32,000 nucleotides of DNA from Nitrosopumilaceae archaeon (GTDB lineage Archaea > Thermoproteota > Nitrososphaeria > Nitrososphaerales > Nitrosopumilaceae). The first letter of the stretch is position 1. The number at the start of each line of letters is the position of its first letter. The notes beneath the pieces were generated by a model that worked only from the letters and a program-made list of their open reading frames with translations, made no database searches and was not told the origin of the DNA. The DNA is taken from NCBI GenBank assembly GCA_035935115.1, contig DASYXK010000021.1, forward strand, positions 238,174 to 270,173, read 5' to 3'. The translations under genes and the position numbers were made by a program. Positions 25,477 to 32,000 of the stretch are shown in pieces.

Positions 25477-27513
25477 CTACAGAACAAAAATAGCAACAAA
25501 TGCAGATACGAAAACTATTGCTACTGTGTTTAACAATTTAATGACAGTGTTTAATGCAGGCCCTGCAGTATCCTTGTAAGGATCACCAATTATATCACCA
25601 ACTATTGCTATCTTGTGTTCTTCAGTACCTTTCATACCTTTAATTTCCATGTACTTTTTGGCATTGTCCCATGCACCGCCAGTATTTGCTAGATGGAAGG
25701 CCAAGAAAATTCCTGTAATTACCGCACCCATTAAAAGTCCAACTACTGCAGAGGGTCCCAAAACTATGCCAAGTACTATTGGGGCTGCAATCGTTATGGT
25801 TGCAGATTTCCAAAGCTCACGTAATGAAGCTACTGTTGCAACATCAACACATTTTGCATAGTCAGGTTTTGTTTTGCCTGTCAGAATGTCTGGAGTTTCT
25901 TTGAATTGTCGTCGTACTTCTTCTACCATTTTAGAAGCTGCCCTTGCGACTGCAGAAATAAGCTGGCTCGTAATAAAGAACGGTAACAGACCACCGACAA
26001 GTAATCCAATAACTACTGCTGGATTTGAAAGACTATAATCGAAAACATGATGAAATTTTTGTACTGCCTCATATTGAAATGCTTGAATCATAGCTAGTGC
26101 AGCCAGACCCGCACTTGCAATTGCAAATCCTTTAGTCACTGCCTTTGTAGTATTTCCTACTGCGTCAATTTCATCTGTAACTTTGCGGTTTTCTTCTCCC
26201 ATACCAGTCATTTCTACAATTCCACCAGCATTGTCACTGATAGGACCAAACGCATCTATACTTAGAACAATTCCTGCAAGGCTAAGCATTGCCATGGCAG
26301 TAAGCGAAGTACCAAAGACTCCATAAAGTGTAGCCTGTTCTGGAACTGGTGCGGCAGATGATGCCAATACATACGACGTAGCTAGTGCAACAACAATGGC
26401 GATCATAAATGGACCTGTTGAACGCATTCCTTGAATGATTCCCATTAGTGTAAGTGACGCATATCCCCATTTTGCAGAAGCTGCAATTTCTTGGACTGGT
26501 TTGAATCTATAGCTTGTAAAGTAATCAGTTATTCTCTGTATTACTGGTACCAGAATAACTCCTATGACTGTACTACCAAATAACGCATATGCAATCTGTG
26601 TATGACCAAGAAACAGATATGTGAAAACAAAATTAAGTGCAATTGCTATTGCAGCGGAAACATAAAATGCGTTTGCAAGTGGCTTGTTTACATCCGTCAT
26701 CTTTCTTGGGCCTATTGTTGCAATACCGATTATAGATGCAAATAATCCTGAAGCGCCAATTAACATTGGATAAAACAAGTTCTGAGGAGTTCCAATCAGT
26801 CCAGCAATCAGCAATGATGCAAGCATGGTTACAATATATGACTCATAAATATCAGAACCCATTCCAGCTGCGTCTCCCACATTGTCTCCTACGTTATCAG
26901 CAATTGTTGCTGGGTTTCGTGGGTCATCTTCAGGTATGTTTGCTTCTACTTTTCCTACCAGATCTGCACCCATGTCTGCAGCCTTTGTGAAAATTCCACC
27001 ACCAACTCTGATAAACAGGGCAATCAAACTAGCACCTATACCAACTCCTGCAATTGTGATAGGATTTGGAAATGCAAAATAAAGTAAACTCATACCTAAA
27101 AGAGCCATAGCAGGTACAGCAAGACCTACTGTTGCGCCACCCCTAAACGCAAGTGCAAAGGTATGCCCAAGTCCTTTTCCAGATGCGTTTGCAGCTCTAA
27201 CCGCTGCCTTTACTGTAATTTTAAGTGAGATCAATCCTGCAATAGCAGAAAGTCCTGCACCTACTGCAAAAGCAATACCGTTAGTAGATCCAATTGCAGC
27301 GCCAATCAAGACTGCAAGGCCTATGGCTATAGGAATAACAATTCTAAACTCTCTTCTCAAAAATGCCATTGCCCCTACCCCTACTGCGTTTGAAATATCC
27401 ATCATCTGTTGTGTACCAGGTTTTTGTTTAGAAACCCACATTGCAAGAACCGCGGCAATGATAAAAGCGATAATCGACGCACCAACAGGAATCACAAGTT
27501 CTTTGAGCGTCAT
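25477..27513 (-). CDS. hppA: membrane-bound proton-translocating inorganic pyrophosphatase (K+-independent signature)
   Basis: 678 aa. GGIFTKAADMGADLVGKVE, EDDPRNPATIADNVGDNVGD, DAVGNTTKAVTKGFAI and DNAKKY. Confidence 0.95.
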   Translation of the reverse strand: MTLKELVIPVGASIIAFIIAAVLAMWVSKQKPGTQQMMDISNAVGVGAMAFLRREFRIVIPIAIGLAVLIGAAIGSTNGIAFAVGAGLSAIAGLISLKITVKAAVRAANASGKGLGHTFALAFRGGATVGLAVPAMALLGMSLLYFAFPNPITIAGVGIGASLIALFIRVGGGIFTKAADMGADLVGKVEANIPEDDPRNPATIADNVGDNVGDAAGMGSDIYESYIVTMLASLLIAGLIGTPQNLFYPMLIGASGLFASIIGIATIGPRKMTDVNKPLANAFYVSAAIAIALNFVFTYLFLGHTQIAYALFGSTVIGVILVPVIQRITDYFTSYRFKPVQEIAASAKWGYASLTLMGIIQGMRSTGPFMIAIVVALATSYVLASSAAPVPEQATLYGVFGTSLTAMAMLSLAGIVLSIDAFGPISDNAGGIVEMTGMGEENRKVTDEIDAVGNTTKAVTKGFAIASAGLAALAMIQAFQYEAVQKFHHVFDYSLSNPAVVIGLLVGGLLPFFITSQLISAVARAASKMVEEVRRQFKETPDILTGKTKPDYAKCVDVATVASLRELWKSATITIAAPIVLGIVLGPSAVVGLLMGAVITGIFLAFHLANTGGAWDNAKKYMEIKGMKGTEEHKIAIVGDIIGDPYKDTAGPALNTVIKLLNTVAIVFVSAFVAIFVL

Positions 27514-27539
27514 TTACTGAATTTTTGCCTATTTGCGGT

Positions 27540-27548
27540 AAATATAAA
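27540..27548 (-). promoter_or_regulatory. TATA-like box upstream of hppA
   Basis: tttatattt on the minus strand is centred about 31 nt upstream of the ATG at 27513. Confidence 0.35.
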
Positions 27549-27569
27549 CCATTTTAGAACACAAAATAT

Positions 27570-27932
27570 CTATTTTCTTTTCTTGTATGGTGCAAACGTT
27601 TTGCCTGCAAGTCCTTGTCTTACTAGTTTGTTGAATCTTTTACCATGACTAAGATACGGGAATCGCATGTGGATCAATTCATGTACAATTGTATTTTCTA
27701 AAGTTTTTTCATCTGGCATTTTTCGAACGTTTACAAAAATCAAGTTGTGCTGCATATAGGAAACTCCATAGTATTTGTACGCAGAAGTTCTTCTTCCTTC
27801 AGTCATTTCTTTTGGCACCTCAAGTACTTCTTTGGTGGTAAGAAGCACCTTTGGTTCTTGTATTCCAAACCTGTTTGCATAAATTCCAGTCTTTTCTAGA
27901 ATCCTAAATCTCAGGTTCGAATCAATCTTCAC
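27570..27932 (-). CDS. SprT/YgjP(DUF45)-like zinc metallopeptidase
   Basis: 120 aa. HELIHMRFPYLSHGKRFNKLV is HExxH followed by H-x3-F, as in SprT/DUF45-type proteins. The tail is basic. Confidence 0.55.
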   Translation of the reverse strand: MKIDSNLRFRILEKTGIYANRFGIQEPKVLLTTKEVLEVPKEMTEGRRTSAYKYYGVSYMQHNLIFVNVRKMPDEKTLENTIVHELIHMRFPYLSHGKRFNKLVRQGLAGKTFAPYKKRK

Positions 27933-28024
27933 GATATCTAATGTTTCAGAGAATGTTTAATTTCAATTGTCAATTGTTCTGTTTGAACTAGTTTACTTTT
28001 TCTATTTTACCACAAAAATAGTTA

Positions 28025-28086
28025 TCAGGGTCAGAACTTGTGTAGCTTAATCATAGATCATACAGCCACCGTGTCATCATTCCCCC
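28025..28086 (-). ncRNA. candidate C/D box sRNA (2'-O-methylation guide)
   Basis: The minus strand reads GGGGGA-AUGAUGA(C)-CACGGUGGCUGU-AUGA(D')-UCU-AUGAUUA(C')-AGCUACACAAGUU-CUGA(D)-CCCUGA. Guides are 12 and 13 nt, total length is about 55 nt, and GGG/CCC termini could close a stem. Confidence 0.5.
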
Positions 28087-28198
28087 ATGAATTATTCTAA
28101 ATCATTTCAACGGGCGCGTTACCTTTAGGTCTTACTTGTTCATATCACATATTCTTGGAATCAAAAGTTGTTTTTGAAAATTATTTTGAATAGACGAA

Positions 28199-28206
28199 TT
28201 AAATAT
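28199..28206 (+). promoter_or_regulatory. TATA-like box upstream of the pentapeptide-repeat gene
   Basis: ttaaatat is centred about 25 nt upstream of the ATG at 28228. Confidence 0.35.
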
Positions 28207-28227
28207 GATTGAAATTAGCTTGACCTA

Positions 28228-29055
28228 ATGAAAAGACTAACGCTTATCATACTTGTTGTAATACCTGTTTTTTCTATAATTACAAATTCATCAATTTCAA
28301 AATATTCTGCATATGGTGAAGAATATGTCATACCATTATGGCTAAAAGACAATGCAAAATGGTGGGCAGAAGGTAAGATCAGTGATTCAGAGTACATGTC
28401 AGGAATCAAATACCTTATTCAACATGGAATAATGCAATTAGAACCAAGAAACGGTTCTATAATAAAACCCGCTCCAGACATTTCAGCTAAAAACTGTGAG
28501 GACCGAACATTTCCATTAGTTAATTGGTCTAATTGCGATTTTTCAGGTGCAAATCTAAACCATGCAAATCTTCATGATGCTAATCTTTCAGGAGTAAACT
28601 TTGAACATGCCAATATCAGCAAGGCGTATCTTTATCATACCAATCTAGTTGATGCTCATCTTCAAAATGCGGATATGACTCAGGCTCAATCAGCAAGGGC
28701 AGATTTCTCAGGTGCAAATCTCACAAATGTAAATGGCAAATTTGTTAACCTTAATGCGGCTATTCTTGCAGGTGCTGACCTATCAGGTGCTAATATGAAA
28801 AATGGTGCATTCATGGCAGCAAACTTTGCAGATGCAAAACTCTCAGGGATAAATCTTAGTTATACTGACATGACAGGTGCAAACTTTACAGGTGCTGATC
28901 TTTCAGGGGCAGATCTATCTGAGGCTCTTCTCAAAGGTGCAACTCTTCGCAATGCCAACCTCACCGGTGCAAATCTCCATGATGCTGACATAAAAGGCGA
29001 TGACCTTACTGGTGCTGATCTACATTGTTTTAATCATCCAATCTGCACAAAGTAA
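28228..29055 (+). CDS. secreted/anchored pentapeptide-repeat protein with one N-terminal copy of the ~37-aa module
   Basis: 275 aa. N-terminal hydrophobic anchor, IPLWLKDNAKWWAEGKISDSEYMSGIKYLIQHGIMQL, then about 34 consecutive A(D/N)LxG-type pentapeptides flanked by Cys pairs. Confidence 0.85.
   Translation: MKRLTLIILVVIPVFSIITNSSISKYSAYGEEYVIPLWLKDNAKWWAEGKISDSEYMSGIKYLIQHGIMQLEPRNGSIIKPAPDISAKNCEDRTFPLVNWSNCDFSGANLNHANLHDANLSGVNFEHANISKAYLYHTNLVDAHLQNADMTQAQSARADFSGANLTNVNGKFVNLNAAILAGADLSGANMKNGAFMAANFADAKLSGINLSYTDMTGANFTGADLSGADLSEALLKGATLRNANLTGANLHDADIKGDDLTGADLHCFNHPICTK
28519..29025 (+). repeat. pentapeptide-repeat coding array (5-codon periodicity)
   Basis: Recurrent tcaggtgcaaatct and ggtgctgatct units encode SGANL/GADLS-type pentapeptides. 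Confidence 0.8.
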
Positions 29056-29123
29056 AAATAAATCTCTAGTGTTATTTGCAATTTATTAAAACAATAATCA
29101 ATAACACTGGCTCATCATCGCAA

Positions 29124-29618
29124 CTAACTCATTGAATCCATGACTGATTGAGCTTTGTTTCTTATCACCATATTTATTGATACAATTACAAGTCCTTCAT
29201 TTGGCTGGCCATACAAAACTACCGAGTTTTCAGGTGCATACACAATAACAGGTAAAACCAACAAGTCTTCTTCTCCAGTAACAGCAATTCTTACTGGCTT
29301 TGGAGACTGGAATGCTTTTTTTATTGTCTTTACACTTTCAATTGTAATTTCTGCAGGAGGATTATTACAATTCAAAGTAGTATTTACATTTCCAGATGGC
29401 AAGTCTCTTTTAACTCTCTTTTCTACACCATCTACAATTTGCAACGATGGCACTATTCCATACTTGATTAATTTTTCAGTTGTTGCATCGCCAACTGAAA
29501 TTACAAATGCTCCTGCAGGTATGTTTTTCAAAACATTCTCTTTAGTCACATCAGAATCTTTAAGCAAGACTCCTAGTGGTTTTTTTAGTTTGTCTCGTAG
29601 GTTATCTGGAAGATGCAC
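29124..29618 (-). CDS. GTP-dependent dephospho-CoA kinase (DUF359 family, archaeal type)
   Basis: 164 aa. ISVGDATTEKLIKYGIVPSLQIVDGVEKR and VTGEEDLLVLPVIVYAPENSVVLYGQPNEGLVIV match DUF359 signatures. Confidence 0.7.
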   Translation of the reverse strand: MHLPDNLRDKLKKPLGVLLKDSDVTKENVLKNIPAGAFVISVGDATTEKLIKYGIVPSLQIVDGVEKRVKRDLPSGNVNTTLNCNNPPAEITIESVKTIKKAFQSPKPVRIAVTGEEDLLVLPVIVYAPENSVVLYGQPNEGLVIVSINMVIRNKAQSVMDSMS

Positions 29619-29637
29619 AAGATATCTTTGTTTTAAA

Positions 29638-30723
29638 CTATTTTTGTGTAGCTACTTCGGCTTTCATTTCTTCATTTAATTGAGATGCCAATATACTGCA
29701 TCTTGCCGCAACGTTTTTTGCTACACTAGTAAATGCAGATGCGTGTGCAGATTTCGGATCTGTCACTAGAACAGGCTTGCCTGAATCAGAGCCTTCCATG
29801 ATTCCAGGATTAAGTGGAATCTCACCCAAGAATGGAATACCATATTTTTCACTAATTTTTCTTGCTCCTCCCTTACCAAAGATATGATGATCTTTTTTAC
29901 AGTCTGGGCATTTGAAGTAGCTCATGTTTTCTATTATACCAATAATTGGCACATTTAGTTTTTGAAACATGCCAAATGCCTTTACAGCAACATTACTTGC
30001 AACATCTTGCGGTGTTGTGACTACCAGTATTCCAGTAATTGGAATAGTTTGAGCCAGTGTTAGTGGGATGTCTCCAGTGCCAGGAGGAAGATCTACAATA
30101 AGATAATCCAGATCACTCCAATTAGTATCAACAAGGAACTGCTTGACAATTCCTGAAATTATAGGTCCTCTGTAAATTGCTGCTTGATGAGTCTGTTCAG
30201 CAAAAAATCCAAACGAAACTACTTTTAATCCATTTGATTCAGCTGGTTGCAGCTTGTTGTTTTCAACTTCCATTACAGCTTTTCCCATTCCAAGCATCAA
30301 CGGAACACTAGGTCCGTAAATGTCAGCGTCAAGCAACCCCACTTTTGCACCAGACTGTGCCAAAGCTAGCGCAAGGTTAACTGAGACTGTTGTCTTGCCT
30401 ACCCCGCCTTTACCACTTGCTACACCAATGATGTTTTTTACAGTTGGCATCATTTCGTCCATGCTTAGTGCGCGGCCTTCCATTACTTTGGCAGTTACCT
30501 TCAGATCAAGTTTTAAATTTCCTAGTGTGCCTACTGCTTTTCTAACATCCTCTTCTATTTGATCATTAAATGGACATGCGGGAGTTGTAAGTTCAAGAGT
30601 AAATTTTAGATCATTGTTGTTGATTTCTAGATCTTTAATCATTCCCATGGAAACAATGTCTTTTTTTAGATCAGGATCAATTACTGTGCTTAATGTCTTA
30701 AGAACGTCGTCTACAGATACCAT
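29638..30723 (-). CDS. Mrp/NBP35/ApbC-type Fe-S cluster carrier ATPase with N-terminal DUF59 (MIP18-like) domain
   Basis: VIDPDLKKDIVSMGMIKDL (DUF59), deviant Walker A GVASGKGGVGKTT and CPDC cluster-bridging motif. The start is moved to M22 (30723) because tttaaatat lies about 27 nt upstream. Confidence 0.9.
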   Translation of the reverse strand: MVSVDDVLKTLSTVIDPDLKKDIVSMGMIKDLEINNNDLKFTLELTTPACPFNDQIEEDVRKAVGTLGNLKLDLKVTAKVMEGRALSMDEMMPTVKNIIGVASGKGGVGKTTVSVNLALALAQSGAKVGLLDADIYGPSVPLMLGMGKAVMEVENNKLQPAESNGLKVVSFGFFAEQTHQAAIYRGPIISGIVKQFLVDTNWSDLDYLIVDLPPGTGDIPLTLAQTIPITGILVVTTPQDVASNVAVKAFGMFQKLNVPIIGIIENMSYFKCPDCKKDHHIFGKGGARKISEKYGIPFLGEIPLNPGIMEGSDSGKPVLVTDPKSAHASAFTSVAKNVAARCSILASQLNEEMKAEVATQK

Positions 30724-30745
30724 AAATTCAAAAAGTCCAAATACG

Positions 30746-30754
30746 ATATTTAAA
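30746..30754 (-). promoter_or_regulatory. TATA-like box upstream of the Mrp/ApbC gene
   Basis: tttaaatat on the minus strand is centred about 27 nt upstream of the ATG at 30723. Confidence 0.4.
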
Positions 30755-30791
30755 CATAGGCAAAAATGGCTAATTTTATCATCCAAAGATT

Positions 30792-30799
30792 CATAAATT
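30792..30799 (+). promoter_or_regulatory. TATA-like box upstream of the rpo7-spt4 genes
   Basis: cataaatt is centred about 26 nt upstream of the ATG at 30822. Confidence 0.4.
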
Positions 30800-30821
30800 G
30801 AAATTTTATCAAATTTCTTAG

Positions 30822-31442
30822 ATGTTTTCTATATCTACACTTACTGATGTAGTTAGGATTCCGCCTAAGCTGTTTGGCGAATCTCTCAAAAAAGCAGCAA
30901 CTACCATACTCAGAGAAAAATACGAGAGCATGATAAATCCGGAACTTGGTTATGTAATTATGATTTTAGATACTAAAGTTGAGAAAATGGGAAAAATTGT
31001 TTCTGGCGATGGCGGTACATATCACAAAGTTGAGTTTACAGCTTTGACATTCTATCCGAAACTCCAAGAAATTGTTAGAGGGGAGATTGTTGAAATTACA
31101 GACTTTGGTGCATTTGTAAGAATTGGAGCAACAGACGCACTGTTGCATTTATCACAAATTATGGATGATTATCTAAAAAGCGATGTAAAGTCTGGCTTGA
31201 TACTTGCTAACCAAAGTGGAAGGACAATGAGAATCGGCACTACACTTCGTGCAAGAATAACTGCGGTTTCTCTTGGAAAAACTGCAGCTATGAAGATAGG
31301 CATTACATGCAGACAGCCTTTCCTTGGTGCAGACGAGTGGATAGAAGAAGAGATAAAGAAAGCAAAATCTCCAGCAGCTCAAACTGAAAAAGCTAAAGCC
31401 CCATCAGCTGAAAAAGCCAAGAAAGTTGTAGAAGCAAAGTGA
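30822..31442 (+). CDS. rpo7: DNA-directed RNA polymerase subunit Rpo7 (E') with S1 domain and Lys/Ala-rich C-terminal tail
   Basis: MFSISTLTDVVRIPPKLFG...GEIVEITDFGAFVRIGATDALLHLSQIMDDY. The extra tail is KAKSPAAQTEKAKAPSAEKAKKVVEAK. Confidence 0.9.
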   Translation: MFSISTLTDVVRIPPKLFGESLKKAATTILREKYESMINPELGYVIMILDTKVEKMGKIVSGDGGTYHKVEFTALTFYPKLQEIVRGEIVEITDFGAFVRIGATDALLHLSQIMDDYLKSDVKSGLILANQSGRTMRIGTTLRARITAVSLGKTAAMKIGITCRQPFLGADEWIEEEIKKAKSPAAQTEKAKAPSAEKAKKVVEAK

Positions 31443-31449
31443 AATTAAT

Positions 31450-31638
31450 ATGGTAAAAGAAATGGCATGTAGAAAATGTAAATTTGTAACAATAGGTAAA
31501 GTATGCCCTAATTGCAAATCAGCAGATCTGACGCCAGATTGGCGTGGTTCTATTCTCATAGTTGATCCAGCTACATCAGTAGTTGCAAAAACTTTGGGAA
31601 TAACAGTGATGGGCAAGTATGCTCTCAAGGTAACCTAG
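31450..31638 (+). CDS. spt4: transcription elongation factor Spt4 (RNA polymerase subunit E'')
   Basis: 62 aa. CRKC...CPNC zinc ribbon followed by DWRGSILIVDP, immediately downstream of rpo7. Confidence 0.85.
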   Translation: MVKEMACRKCKFVTIGKVCPNCKSADLTPDWRGSILIVDPATSVVAKTLGITVMGKYALKVT

Positions 31639-31639
31639 A

Positions 31640-32000
31640 TTGCACATACGTGCAAGAAAAGCGCTTGATAATTTTTTAGCTGAAGATATTGGGAAAGGAG
31701 ACATTACAAGTAATCTTTTACCAAGAAAAAAAATCACTGCAAGTATAATTTCAAGACAAGAAGGAATAGTGGCAGGAGTACAATATGTAAAGTACATCTT
31801 TGTCTCAAGAGGATGTAAAGTAAAAATTCTAAAAAAAGATGGTTCCAAAATCAAACCAAACCAGAAAATAATGATTGTCTCAGGTTTTGCCCATATCATA
31901 TTGTCATGTGAGAGAACTGCACTCAACTTATTATCAAGAATGAGTGGAATTGCAACTCAAACCAATCATCTTGTAAATAAAATAAGGAAGGCAAACCCAA
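31640..32000 (+). CDS. nadC: nicotinate-nucleotide pyrophosphorylase (quinolinate phosphoribosyltransferase), 5' part; runs off the window end
   Basis: Open frame from TTG at 31640. LAEDIGKGDITSNLL...ASIISRQEGIVAGV...ILSCERTALNLLSRMSGIAT is the NadC N-terminal pattern. It is absent from the ORF track because no stop falls in the window. Confidence 0.8.
   Translation, partial: MHIRARKALDNFLAEDIGKGDITSNLLPRKKITASIISRQEGIVAGVQYVKYIFVSRGCKVKILKKDGSKIKPNQKIMIVSGFAHIILSCERTALNLLSRMSGIATQTNHLVNKIRKANP

Noticed and set aside
25613-27520. Several plus-strand ORFs of 62-84 aa inside the pyrophosphatase gene (25613-25861, 26736-26990, 26882-27082, 27323-27520) and a nested minus-strand one (26282-26470)
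   Set aside because: All lie within a 678-aa gene with unmistakable H+-PPase motifs. Their translations are low complexity or Ala/Pro/Ser rich with no motifs, typical of shadow ORFs.
27913-27922. ggttcgaatc, resembling a tRNA T-loop
   Set aside because: The flanking bases cannot form the 5-bp T stem (tcagg versus caatc). No acceptor or anticodon arms can be drawn, and the sequence lies inside the SprT-like CDS.
28061-28073. Possible pairing of the first guide of the candidate C/D sRNA (CACGGUGGCUGU) with the universal 16S 530-loop sequence GCAGCCGCGGUA
   Set aside because: By hand, the duplex has 8 Watson-Crick pairs, 2 G-U pairs and 2 mismatches, including an internal G-G. That is too weak to claim a target without the organism's own rRNA sequence.
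29155-29679. 174-aa plus-strand ORF
   Set aside because: It is fully antisense to the DUF359 dephospho-CoA kinase gene, whose family motifs are clear. The plus-strand translation is Phe/Ser/Thr-rich nonsense.
1-32000. Looked for CRISPR arrays, rRNA/tRNA genes, intact IS elements with terminal inverted repeats, integrases, toxin-antitoxin pairs and known defence-system gene sets
   Set aside because: No regularly spaced direct repeats, no structured-RNA-like GC-rich blocks other than the C/D candidate, and no full-length mobile-element or defence signature genes were seen. Only the transposase stump at 11889-12035 turned up.

Overview
AT-rich archaeal chromosome segment. The gene content points to an ammonia-oxidising thaumarchaeon (Nitrosopumilus-like): Alba, Y-family polymerase Dpo4, archaeal Pth2, aEF-1beta, Cdc48, Rpo7/Spt4, a membrane-anchored double cupredoxin and an archaeosortase-like protein. 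This placement is inferred from gene content only; no search was run. The window is densely coded on both strands, about 45 genes with short intergenic gaps, and TATA-like boxes often sit about 23-31 nt upstream of start codons, suggesting leaderless or short-leader mRNAs. Most genes are conserved housekeeping: malic enzyme, aldehyde dehydrogenase, H+-pyrophosphatase, heme O synthase, geranylgeranyl reductase, Mrp/ApbC, dephospho-CoA kinase and NadC. I saw no CRISPR array, rRNA, tRNA, intact mobile element or recognisable multi-gene defence locus. The items most worth follow-up are: (1) a cysteine-free archaeosortase/exosortase homologue whose gene overlaps a small HExxH protein gene; (2) an unannotated ~37-aa secreted module (P.W.K.NAKWW.EG.I.D..F..GI.YLI..GIM) fused to a PEBP domain (two copies) and to a pentapeptide-repeat domain (one copy); (3) a decayed accessory islet at 10.9-12.65 kb with a transposase C-terminal remnant, a membrane-protein gene split at a T7 run and an apparently truncated metal-binding-domain gene; (4) a candidate C/D box sRNA in the largest intergenic gap; (5) two TFIIIA-type C2H2 zinc-finger ORFs, one only 32 codons long; (6) an EF-Tu/SelB-like protein with degenerate GTPase motifs. 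All family assignments come from motif recognition by eye and need HMM or BLAST confirmation.
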